From Paraspadella gotoi (lineage: Eukaryota; Animalia; Chaetognatha), in the NCBI GenBank assembly GCA_051294375.1, contig CM119265.1, forward strand, positions 20,680,221 to 20,744,220: a stretch of 64,000 nt of DNA. The letters run 5' to 3'. Within the stretch, counting starts at the first letter, position 1. Every line of letters begins with the position of its first letter. Shown one piece after another: positions 44,030 to 56,008 of this stretch. The notes beneath the pieces are model-generated. The model was given only the letters and a program-made list of their open reading frames with translations. It had not been told where the DNA came from and did no database searches. The translations under genes and the position numbers were made by a program.

Positions 44030-47000
44030 ATTTTTCTGGTCCCTATTCTTGACTTTTTCGCTTTACCGTCCGCTCTATCATTGTCCGTTCTTATACAATT
44101 CTGTTTCAGATCGTCTTTATCGTCGTTTCCTTGTAATCCTCATTACAACCAAATCGAAGCATTCTTAGATCCCCGTTCCGTCTAAAAAAACCGACACGTT
44201 TGATCGGTAGTTTCTCGCTGAGACCGGTTCCCGACTTTTATCGTAACACTGGAGTTCGATATTACTCTGACTTGTCTACCTGCGCTCCGTTTCCGAGAGG
44301 TATCTTAACATCAATCCTTTCGTTAATCTATATAATTAGCTTCGTTCTGCAGCATCATTTCATTCATGTGTATTTTATTCCTCGCTTATTTAGGTGGGTA
44401 TGTCCTCTTGGGCACTTTAATCCTCTTTCATATCGGGTTATCCCCTCGTCACCTCCCCGCCCCCCTAATTTTATCTCCACTCCTTTAGGGTTTCCTTTCT
44501 TTTTCCTCTTTTCTTAATTTCCTTGTTGCCGTCGCGATACACACCGTCGCCACCACGCTGCCCACTAGAGAGCTGGCTGCGCATGACGCCGGGTGTGCTC
44601 GACCAAAGGCGGGTCGGGTCCGGACGTTCCAAGCCTGCTGGAGACAAGTTGAAACATCTCGACCTCTGTATGTACATTCCAGTTTCAGCCTCGGTTGACG
44701 TATGGTTGTCTGGATCAGCGCCGCTGTGAATGTGTTCGCCTCTGATTTACCTGCGGTCTGGGTGCCTGCCGTCGAAGAGGTCGCCGTCTTTTTATTAAGA
44801 GGCTATATGACGTATTATCGTCTTATCTCGATATTTACTCCGAATGCTACACGTAGAGTAGGTGCTACTTCGCAGATTAGCATGCAACCTCTAAAATGTC
44901 ACTTTTCTGGTCGGTCTCTTTGTGGTGAGTCGCGGTCCGTCAGGTTGGGTTGCGTTTATGGTTTTTCCGAGGTCTGAGGTGGTCCTCTCCCACTTTACCG
45001 TTAAAACTGGTACGTATACTGACAAATCTTGGTCCTAATAGTTATAGTCTGGACTCGTTCCTCCTCATTTCTAAGGTTGTTCCTTTTACAGAAAAAAAAA
45101 CCTTCAACAATCTTGAAGGGAGCTGCTAGCGCGCGCGCCTTTTCAGGAACCTAGAGAAACGCTATAAAGGGGATCCATTTTCATCATAGGCTAACATGGG
45201 CTTAAGCAAAATACAGCAGAGTGGGTTTAGTATGTAGTTCATGCTATTTCATGTGGGCATAGTGACTGAGGAGGTCATGCCATGTTCAACATAATGTCAT
45301 GGTTCATGTCACGAAAATACCGTTAAATAAGGCAACACTTGCGCAGAACGCAAACATTTGGCTTGACGATTACCGTTCTTGTTTCTCTCTAGGTTTTTTT
45401 TCATGTTAAGCTTTAGCTAAACAATAATTTAAAATCCATTAAGAAATTCTTGTTCCCGGCGCGACGGCGACCATATGAGGATGACACGGAAGACTCCGCC
45501 CGCCCGCCGACGGCGATTTTTCATACACTATGCTCTATTCAGACGGACCGAAAGCGGCACGATAAAATCAAACACCGAGGTCTCCAACGAGAAGAGACTC
45601 TTCTTCGGCCGCCTTTGGTGAGCGGTCGGCGGTGGGTACCTCGACAAAAAAAGCGGATCCGACCGAGGCCGGCTGACAATCAACTCAAGTATCGGGGCGG
45701 CGGGGTAGGAAAGAACTCTATCCGCTTTACTCCTAGAGAAGAGGCGCATCGAGAGGCAGTAATACAAGGCTCGTTCCTGGGCGCGAGAGAGTGATGAGCG
45801 GCGGCGGCGCTGCCTCGGCGAGAACGTGGAGACTCGTCAAGACGTCGACAGAGTCCTTCGGAATTGAGAGATGGGATGAGACGATCAGGGACGAGAGGCC
45901 GTGAGAGGTTTCGGTCGCTGGTGAAGGAGGCGGTTGTCCTGTGGGTGCGATAGAGTAGAGAGACAGAGTGAGTAGAAGACGTGGAAGGAGACTATGAGAG
46001 AGAGAGGAGGTGTTCGCGAAAGAGATAGTAGATATTGCGATTTTATCTGAAAGTAAGGAAAAATAAAGTGATTTTCTTCTCCTTGACCTAGTGAGGAGTT
46101 GATGTGCGAAAGTTTTTATATACAATAGATCTCTATGTTCCGACTCTCATTATTAATTTACTTGTGTACTCCTTGATTTTAAATTAATTAATCGCTCGAT
46201 TTATCTTTACTCTATTTCGTTACAATTTCAATATATCATTCAATGCTTTTAGTTATTTTCGCGTGTCCAATATACATATACATATTTCCCTCATCAATCG
46301 CTGTTCATACATCAGCTTCATCAATCCACATCAATCACACTATTCAGCCAACAAAACTTACCGTTTCTGCACTCTCATACCCGGCATCAAGTCTCTTCTA
46401 TCATACCTTCCGTGGTGAGAATCCCGACACGGCGTCTCCAGCATTCATCTCTTATCTCTCTTTCCCGTCGTGCGTCGCTTTTTATTCCATTATTTTCACA
46501 TGAAGCACTCATCGGTACTGGAATATTTCTTTTCATTTGCGCCGCTCTCTCCTTACGCGTCCGACGCCGGCGCGACCGCTGCCGCGGCAGCCGCTGACAC
46601 TGGCCGCAGACGCCGCAGCAACCCCTTCTTCAACTACTCGGAATCTCGCGTGATGTGGACGGTCTCTAGACACTGATTCTCCTACCTGTGTTTTCAGGTC
46701 TCCATCGTCGGCTGGAACCCTATACGAACGACTCCGTCTTCTACTTCTTCTTTCGTCGACTTCTGATGCTCGAATATATCCGAAGCGTCGTCGTTTCTTC
46801 TACATAAATACCGCTCTGTTATCTTCATTTTTTCCATCCTTCTTGCACGTCTTCTGCCGTCCGACGAATATGACGACCCGGTGCCTGATGTGTCGGCTCG
46901 GCGCCTCGGCGACGCCGCGAGTCCTTCTCGGCTTTTTGAACGTCAAAGAAGGTGCGCTGCGAATAGCTTCCTCATCTCTCTGGCGCAGACGTATGGACGC

Positions 47001-47570
47001 CTTACTTGTGTACGGGCAATGCGTATCATCCTTTGCCTTTCACTAATTTCATCTTTCCTCCTTCTTCTCATCCCAAATATTCGTTCTCACTTTCTCTGAC
47101 GTTGCTGTTCTGGTCGTCAAATCGGCGCGGTGGGTCACCGAGTCACGGTGACCTCGTAACCCGCCGCGTCAATCGTCGCGTTTCCGTCCCGATCGTCGTC
47201 GGATGTGACCGTAGATTGAAGATTCATCCATCTGATTAATTGTATGACAGTTCTTGGAAAAAAGTGGGTGACGACGGAGGACTGAATGTGAGGAGACAAG
47301 AGGGGAAACAGAGAAGACGGCGGACATGATAGCTCGGAATAATATAAATAGCGATCGCTGAACCTCGGGAGTGTTAAATAAGTCTTTTTGATTTTCGTCA
47401 GAGTCAAACGTTTGTCTTTAAATCTTTTTTTTTTTCGGTGGTATAGTGGTGTGTTTTTTTTTTTTGTATTTACAAATCATTTTTCTAAGGGCTTCTTCTC
47501 AAACGCTCTGTCAACGTCCCCCCTCTCCTCTCCTTACAATATCAGCAACTCATTCTCGAGACGTTTTTCG
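44030..47570. repeat. Insertion-noisy, expanded duplicate of 48960-50940
   Basis: Collinear matches (GTACATTCCAGTTTCAG at 44.67/49.32 kb; GACAATCAACTCAAGTATCGG at 45.68/50.02 kb; GATTTTCGTCAGAGTCAA-like at 47.39/50.83 kb) with many interspersed extra bases. Confidence 0.8.
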
Positions 47571-47709
47571 AATGAAAGAAATTACATATGGGAATTTGAT
47601 AATGGGGGTTAGAGATCAAGCGATGGGAATAAGAGAATCAGTAAATCATCTGAGGTCAGAAGCAAAGGATCTAGATCCAAAATTTGGTTGGTATTTCCTC
47701 TTTACGTTT

Positions 47710-47747
<38 letters not shown>

Positions 47748-48855
47748 NNNNNNNNNNNNNNNNNNNNNNNNNNNNNNNNNNNNNNNNNNNNNNNNNNNNN
47801 NNNNNNNNNNNNNNNNNNNNNNNNNNNNNNNNNNNNNNNNNNNNNNNNNNNNNNNNNNNNNNNNNNNNNNNNNNNNNNTCTCTTCACGTGAATTATTTCC
47901 CCGTGGTCGTCAATTCGAACTCTCTATATCTGAGTCATAACAACTTTTGCTCCGAAAGATGAATCGCAATTTTCGTTTTGACCCCAGATTTTTCTCCGTC
48001 GGTGAGCGAAGGCACGAATGTCCAATCCCAGGATTCAATTCAATTCATAATGTAAATTTGGGTTTTTAAGCGAGAATTTAACTCAGCTTTTTTTCGCTCT
48101 CACCATTTCACGATTAACCTCGAAAGCGTCTCGGGACTATGTTGCTAAATTGTTTATACTACTTCTAGCATGATTATTCAAGACTTTTTTATCATATAAA
48201 GTTAGTCAGAGCAGCTGTCGAAGATTCTTTCACTTTTTGACCGGCTGTCGGCCTGTCGGCCTGTCGGCCTGTCAGCCCNNNNNNNNNNNNNNNNNNNNNN
48301 NNNNNNNNNNNNNNNNNNNNNNNNNNNNNNNNNNNNNNNNNNNNNNNNNNNNNNNNNNNNNNNNNNNNNNNNNNNNNNNNNNNNNNNNNNNNNNNNNNNN
48401 NNNNNNNNNNNNNNNNNNNNNNNNNNNNNNNNNNNNNNNNNNNNNNNNNNNNNNNNNNNNNNNNNNNNNNNNNNNNNNNNNNNNNNNNNNNNNNNNTGGG
48501 AAATATGGGCTTTTGCTTCTGAAAGAGGGGGTTGAGCGTTGAGCAGTGGGTCCAGAGGGGTGGGAAGAGAAATAAAGATNNNNNNNNNNGAGAGAGAGAT
48601 GTGTATATAGACGAGTGCCCTTTTCAACTACAAATCAGATAAACAAAAGAGTTTAAAATACAAATAAAATGTGAAAAGCTGTGTATTAATAAAAAATAGA
48701 AGCTTGCTTATTCTACATTCAGCGCGAAACAAGCGTAATTCAAGATTCCCTCACAATTCATATCGAGTTTCAAAATCTCCGATCGTTTTTCCAAAAAAGG
48801 TTAAATTAATTTCCTCTTTCTCGCGGTTCAAGTTCACTCAGCGACTAGACAGGGC

Positions 48856-48944
<89 letters not shown>

Positions 48945-49448
48945 GACCTAGTGCGCTAAAAACGTCTTTTCCTATTTTTATGTCTTTTGACTTTTCGTCG
49001 TCGTCATTGTCGTCGTCGTCCTTCCAACAAATCGAGATTCTTAGATCCGTTCGTAAAACCGACGATCATTTTCGCCTGAGCCGTTCCCGACTTCGTAACA
49101 CTGGGTTCGATCTCCTGACGTTACCAGGCTCGTTCCCGAGAGGTAAAATCTCGATCGCGTTTTATGGTTCTTCCCCCCCCCCTAATTTTTCCTCCTTAGG
49201 TTCCTTTCTTTTCCTCTTTCTTATTTTCCTTTGTTGCCGCCGACGTCGCCGCTGCCACTAGAGAGGCGATGGGAGTGGCCGTTCCAGCTGAAGTGAAACA
49301 TCTTCGACCTCTCGTTGTACATTCCAGTTTCAGGTTGACGTGATGGTTGTTGTGATCGGCCTTGTGAATGTGGTTGCCTTTTAACGCGTTTTCTCGAGGT
49401 CGTCCGTTTAAAAGGCTTTGACTTTATCGTTTGAATACTCGATGATCA

Positions 49449-49813
49449 GAGTACTCGCAGAGCAACTTTAAAAGTCACTTTTCGGTTGGTCTGTCGGTCC
49501 GTCAGTCGGTTGGTATGTCTTTCCATCGGTCTCTCCCACTTACGTTAAAAATGCGTATAATTTGTCTATAGTTGGTTGCTCATTTGTTAAAACAGAAAAA
49601 ACCTCAAATCTAAGGGACTGCTAGCGCCGCCTTTAGGAAATCCTAAAACTATAAGGACATGTCATAAATACATGGGCTAAGAAAGTTATTGTAGTCATGT
49701 ATTCATGTCATGTTAGGTCATGCCATTTCACATAATGTCATGTCATGTCACGAGAAATACACGTTATAAGGCAATCACTTGCGGCGCAACACATTTGAAT
49801 TACCGTTCTTGTT
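49449..49813 (+). mobile_element. Non-autonomous Helentron-associated element (HINE/DINE-1-like), 5'-truncated copy
   Basis: GTCG/GTCT microsatellite near the 5' end, 3' subterminal GCGGCGCAAC and terminal ...CCGTTCTTGTT; homologous in inverted orientation to 51643-51998. Confidence 0.7.
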
Positions 49814-50112
49814 TTTTAGGTTTTTAATTTAACTTTTAGCTAAAATAATTTTAAAATTAGAATTCTTGCCGCGCGACGGCGATATGAAATGAAACAAAAG
49901 ACTCCGCCGCCGCCGACGATTAAACTTTCTTCCGGCGACGTAACCCGAAGTTCAACGAGAAACTCTTTTCGGCCTTTTGTCGGTCGGTGACTCGACGATA
50001 AAAAGACCGACCGACCGACAATCAACTCAAGTATCGGAGAAAATTTCGCTTTTATCTAAGAGGAAAAATCTGTTCCTTGAAGAGAGAGAGAGAGAGAGAG
50101 AAAAGAGAGAGG

Positions 50113-50154
<42 letters not shown>

Positions 50155-51642
50155 GCCGAGAAGAGAATGACGACATTATGAAATAAAAAAAAAGTTTTCT
50201 CATGCCAGGATGAAGCTGCTCAAGCCGCCAAATTAATAGACTGAGGCGACTCTGTTTAATTAACGATTTATCTTACCGTTACAATTTCAATTTAAAGTTG
50301 GGGCATTTGTCTAAGTCAAAAAACAAACAAAAACTATTGATGATAGGATCAGTTTAAACGGGAATCAGTATTCTTTGCTTCCCTCACTTTACTATTTTCA
50401 CATAAGATAAGAATATTCTTTTCATTTGGCCCACGAATCTCGATTTTAATGAACTATTTATAGTATTTATAACTTTTATCTTCATACCTCCTCTTCGTCC
50501 TGCTTTCCCTCCTTTCGCCTCGGCTTCTCGGCTTCCTAATTTTCACTTCCTACTTCTCATCTTCTTCCTTTCCTAATTTTCATCTTCCTCCTTCTCTCAT
50601 CCCAAATATTTTCCTCTTCCGAGATCGGGTGGCGTCCACCAGTCACGTGACCTTCGTAACCCGCCGGTCAATCGTCGTCGTCGTCGTCGTCATTGCCGTA
50701 AAGATTATCATCAATTAAGACATTCTTGAAATGTGCAACGGGGAATGAATGTGAGGGACAGAAACAGGAAACGGATGATAGTAAATAATAGTAAATAGCG
50801 ATCGCTGAAGGGGATGTAAAAGTCTTTTGATTTTTCGTCAGAGTCAACGTTTGTCTTTAATCTTTTTTTTTTTTTTTTTGTATTAAAACTTTTCTAAGCT
50901 TCTTTAAACGTTCTCCTTCTTACAAAAGCAATCATTCAAGATGTAATATCAAGCGAAAAAAAGGTTGGAAAATTGTAATGTAGTGGATTATGGTATCTTG
51001 AATGTTGGTTATCTGAAGATAGGCCGCTCAATATAAATCTACTCGGTGATCAAGAATCAAGTTTTTTTAGCTTGAGCATTCCGAGCATGCTAGCAGCTAT
51101 GAATTTTCGCCTCAAAAACAAACAAAAAAAAATCCCAACAACACAAAACTTTTGGACTCCGTCATAATTTCTGAACAAATAATAGTACAAAACATTTTTT
51201 TTTAGAAAATAAACTTTACAAACCCCAGAAAGTTTTTTTTTCCTAAGCCGGAACTGAGGTTCGCTTTCCATTCCTTACTCTCGGCAAATTCCCCCCGCCG
51301 CCTTACCCGCTTTCACCACTCTCGTTCCATCCTCCGACGAGAGAGAGAGAGAAGAGAGAGAGAGAGGAGAGAGAGAGGAGAGGAGAGAGAGAGAGAGAGA
51401 GAGAATCAAATCGACGCCGTTTGTTTTTCTTCTCTTTTTTGACGCCAAAATCTCTTAGACAGTTGAGTGAAACGTTTCAATTGAAACTTGTAAGGTATTC
51501 TTTTTAATTTTTTTTTTTTTTTATCAAATTGGCTCAAAATCAAACATTCGAAAAACCAAAGTAACCTAAATTGAAGTGACTTAATGACAGACCGTTAATG
51601 AATATAAGTGACTATTTTGCTACAATAAATTTAAACATAATT

Positions 51643-51998
51643 AACAAGAACGGTAATTCTAATGTGTTGCGCCGCAGTGACTTTATTTTTACGTGAATTT
51701 CTCTTTGATTACATGATATAACATGACATGACATGACTAAAAAACTTTTTTTGCCTGTGAATTTATGACATGCACTGCATCAAAATTCCATCTTTTCTTC
51801 CTTATTGTTTTAGGAATTCCTGAAGGCGTCGCTAGCAGTCCCTTAGATTTGAGGTTTTTTTCTGTCTTAACAAATGAGCAACCAACTATAAGCAAATTAT
51901 ATGTATTTTTAATGTAAGTGGCACAGACCGACGGACAGACAGACCGACCGAAAAGTGACTTATAGAATTGCTCCGCGAATACTCGCGGCGCAACTAAA
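51643..51998 (-). mobile_element. Non-autonomous Helentron-associated element (HINE/DINE-1-like), full-length
   Basis: Asymmetric subterminal inverted repeats GTTGCGCCGC (51666-51675) and GCGGCGCAAC (51985-51994); hairpin TTGCTCCGCGAATACTCGCGGCGCAA (51968-51993); (GACA/GACC)n tract; CTTGTT terminus; T-rich ends and no TSD seen. Confidence 0.78.
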
Positions 51999-52187
51999 GA
52001 GAAAANNNNNNNNNNCGACCGAAAAGTGACTGATAGAATTGCTCCGCGAATACTCGCGGCGTAACTAAAGAGAAAAGAATCTTAAAGAGCCCTCGGAAAA
52101 AAATTGTAGAATCACATAGCTGACTTAATGACAGACCGTTAATGAATATAAGTGACTTATTTTGCTACAATAAATTTAAACATAATT

Positions 52188-52541
52188 AACAAAGAACGGT
52201 AATTCTAATGTGTGCGCCGCAGTGACTTATTTTTTACGTGATTTCTCTTTGATTACATGATATAACATGACATGACATGACTAAAAAACTTTTTTTGCCT
52301 GTGATATTTATGACATGCACTGCATCAAAATTCCATCTTTTCTTCCTTATTGTTTTAGGAATTCCTGAAGGCGGCGCTAGCAGTCCCTTAGATTTGAGGT
52401 TTTTTTCTGTCTTAACAAATGAGCAACCAACTATAAGCAAATTATATGTATTTTTAATGAAGTGAACAGACCGACGGACAGACAGACCGACCAAGAAAGT
52501 GACTGATAGAATTGCTCCGCGAATACTCGCGCGTAACTAAA
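52188..52541 (-). mobile_element. Second copy of the same HINE-like insertion (tandem duplicate across an N gap)
   Basis: Near-identical to 51643-51998 including the left flank GACTTAATGACAGACCGTTAATGAATATAAGTGAC, so the same insertion represented twice. Confidence 0.75.
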
Positions 52542-52737
52542 GAGAAAAGAATCTTAAAGAGCCCTCGAAAAAAATACAAACATTTTCTTCTTCTTTTTTT
52601 TCTTTTCCTAATTTTTTTTTTTTTTTAAATTTTGAAAAATCGTNNNNNNNNNNNNNNNNNNNNNNNNNTACAAACATTTTCTTCTTCTTTCTTTTCTTTT
52701 CCTAATTTTTTTTTTTTTTTAAATTTTGAAAAATCAT

Positions 52738-54521
52738 TTTCATTGTTTTTTTCGCTACGCAATTATTTGCCATTTAACTCGAGGCGTAAAGCGGCGCAAC
52801 CTCCTTTCTTAGTCCCCCTCTTTTTCACTCTATTTTTTGGCATTTTTTCCCTTTTTCTCTCTTTTTTTTTCTCCTTCCTTCGCCCACCCCTTCCTTACCC
52901 CTCTCTCCTCCCTACCCCCTTCCATCTCCCTCGAGTCTCACCGTCTCTCCCCTCAGATCTGCTTTCGCATCGCGTTATCCTCACAAATTCTTTCCTCTTC
53001 TCCTGTTTGTTCTTAAATTCTTCTTATCTGGCGAAATTTCGGGTCCAGCGTCGCTGAAAAAAAAAATAAAGAATCGCGCTTTCGGTCTCTTTACTCCCTT
53101 TATATCTTGTCTCCTTCTGCTTCTTCTTTTTTTTTTCATTTTCTCCTTTCTCTCTTTAGTTTTCTCCTTCTCGCTACTTATTATCCTCACGCTTCCTTAC
53201 CGTTGTGTTTTTTTTTAATTTAGTAACGTTGTACTTCTTTTCTTTCGTCTCTTCTATTTTTTCCGTCTCCTTCTCTCCGCCTCATATTCTCCCTCTCCTG
53301 CTTTGTTCTCCTCTCTTATTTTGGTCGTCTCCTTCCCGCGGCGCATCACTTCTGTTTACGGCTGCATTCCGAGTCTTTTATAATTCACAGAGCGAGAAGG
53401 AGATGGCGCGAGTGAATCTCGTGTCACGACGACAGTGAGAATGAAATTCGGTGATTGGATCAACTCGTTTGTTGCGGTTTGGTGAGGCCGGTCGAATTTA
53501 CTCTAAGGTCAGGTCGTAGCGACGAGAGGCAAATCCTCACCACGAAAAATTCACACGTTGCGTTTACAGTAAGGCACGCCTCTGGGCAGGGGGCAAACAA
53601 TTTGCAAAAGACTCAGTTTATTATTATCCTTAGTCTTTATTTCACAATAACATTTAATCTTCTGAAAGACATCCTGGAAGACATTCTAAGGAAGAGATGA
53701 TAGACATTCTGTTAATGAACTGTTAAACTAGCTACTTTTAAAGTTTGTAACTTTAAACTAGATAGTGTTAAAGTACATACATTTGTATGTTATACATAAT
53801 TCAGATATGTTCGCCGATAACAATTCATAATTTTCATTAAATTAGATGTATATTAGGCGTAGTAAAATTCCTAAGTTTAACTTTAATTAAATTCTAAAGT
53901 GAGGAACGAACAAACATTATACTTATGAACATTTATGTATAAAAAAATTTATAATAAATTTTACAATTTACGCAGTAGGCCATATTTATACTAGTACTAA
54001 ACCAATAAATGTTAAAATTTCAAAACAGTTTTTTCTAAGATTTTTTTGCAGATTTGGATTCGTCATAAAAAAGTTGATAAAAAGAAATATAACTTCTTTT
54101 TGAAAAATTCCTTCATTAAGTGGGTCAAAAATTAAGAAAAAGTCTATATTTTAAACTGAAATTTAACTTTTTATATATTAAATATAGTTTTTTTTAATTT
54201 AACCTACTTAATGAAAGAATTTTTAAAAAATGAATTATATTTTCTTTTATTCAACTTTTGACGAAGATTCAAATCTGCAATCAAAATTAAAAAAAGCCTA
54301 TTTTGAAATTTTTCGATTTTATAAGGATCAGTACTATATATAAATATAGCCTACTGGCGAAAAAAAAAAACATAAAATTAATTTTTTTACAAATTAATGT
54401 TCACTGATGGTATGTTGTTCATAATTGACTTTTAGAAATTTTTGTATGTAACTTTCACTACGCCTTAATGTATATGTTACTGAATATACCTTTTCATATT
54501 TATCTAATATAAATAAATTCT

Positions 54522-54590
<69 letters not shown>

Positions 54591-54710
54591 AATTTTCTCA
54601 GTTGAATTTCAACACTCGTGTCCAAGGTGGGAGTTGGTTTCTTCAAGTTTGCATTTGCTAAGCCTCGCCCCCAGACGAAAGCGGAAAGCCAAACCAAGAG
54701 ATGTTTTTTC
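52738..54710. repeat. Segmental duplicate (matches 57178-58520, which lacks the 614-bp MITE)
   Basis: Near-identical sequence from TTCATTGTTTTTTTCGCTACGCAATT to CAGACGAAAGCGGA...GAGATGTTTTTT. Confidence 0.92.
53854..54467. mobile_element. Fold-back MITE, hAT-like (8-bp TSD ATGTATAT)
   Basis: Termini TAGGCGTAGT...ACTACGCC(T)TA; the whole element is an imperfect palindrome (e.g. TTGCAGATTTG/CAAATCTGCAA, CAGTAGGC/GCCTACTG, TTCATTAAGT/ACTTAATGAA); TSD at 53846-53853 and 54468-54475; empty site with a single ATGTATAT at 58293-58300. Confidence 0.88.
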
Positions 54711-54797
54711 TTGTGGAAAAAAAAGGGAAAAAAACATGGAACTTTTTTTTACAAAATTCAAAGAACGACACATTCAAAAAATCCAAGGAGAGCGAGC

Positions 54798-54830
<33 letters not shown>

Positions 54831-55256
54831 GAGAGAGAGAGGAGAGAGAAGAGAGAGAGAGAGAGAGTCAAGATGAGAATTCAAATTTTACAATCTTTGG
54901 GGGCCTGAAAATTGTTCTTTTGAATTTGAGATAATGCAAAACGCAATGTTATAAATTTAAATAAATTCGGCCAGAGTCTCTCTTTCAGTTGATTACGCAT
55001 TTCCGATTTTTTCTTCGATTCTTTGTCACTCAATCTCTCTCACTCTATCTTTTTTTTTTCCTGCCTCTTTTTCTTTCTCCTTGTCTTTGTTCTCAACCTC
55101 CTCCCTCCCCCACACCTAAGAAAGAACCGCCCTCCATTCTTTCTTTTTTCTCTCTTCCTCCCTCTCTCTTCTTTTTTTTTCTTGTTGCAAGATTTGTACA
55201 AATTTTAGTAAAATTCTCTATGGTATAATCATTTTTTTCGTTGTTGTCATAGAGAT

Positions 55257-55331
55257 TACAAAGAATTTAATATAGGTTTATTAACGAAAAATAAAATCGT
55301 TGTTAATAAAACCTATATTAAATTCTTTGTA
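55257..55331. repeat. 75-bp hairpin / short inverted repeat
   Basis: TACAAAGAATTTAATATAGGTTT ... AAACCTATATTAAATTCTTTGTA: perfect 23-bp stem, extendable by ATTAAC/GTTAAT. Confidence 0.85.
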
Positions 55332-55964
55332 GTTAAAATTCTCTGTAGGTTCTACGTTATATTTTAAACTGTAGGCTTAAAATCTGTCAAGGATGAAAAC
55401 CGATGTGATGAAACAACAATGTTCTCAATGATGATAAGGCAACAAGCTCCTTGCATTTCTACATTGGTTTATTTTGCCTATCAAGCGTCACCAAGCAATC
55501 AAAGATTTAATTTTTTAAGAATAGATGAATCGCGTATATTTTTTTCAAAATCATCCTTTTGTTAAAAAGTAAAAATATATATATTTACATACTGCAATTG
55601 TCTTTTCGAAGTGATAAGTTGAACATGAAATACTTACAAATAGAGTGAGGGCGTTTTTGGGGATATTTGCTGTAATTTTTTTTTTTTTTAAATCTGTGTT
55701 TTTTCCCGATATTCCTTCTCTTACTCTCTCTTTTTTTTATTTATATTAATTTTTCTTAATTTCTTTCTTTTAGTTCTTATCCTCTACTATTCTTTTTTTT
55801 TATTCTTCTCTCCCTCCGGTCTCTCTGTATCATTTTCTCTTTCTCTCTCCTTCGCCCCTTGTTCTCTCCCCATCCCTCTTTATCTCTCTCTTCGCCGGCT
55901 TCCAATTACCGGTAAAACTCTTTCCATATCACGTTCCTTTCCAAACCCGAGCCGGGGGAAACGG

Positions 55965-56008
<44 letters not shown>

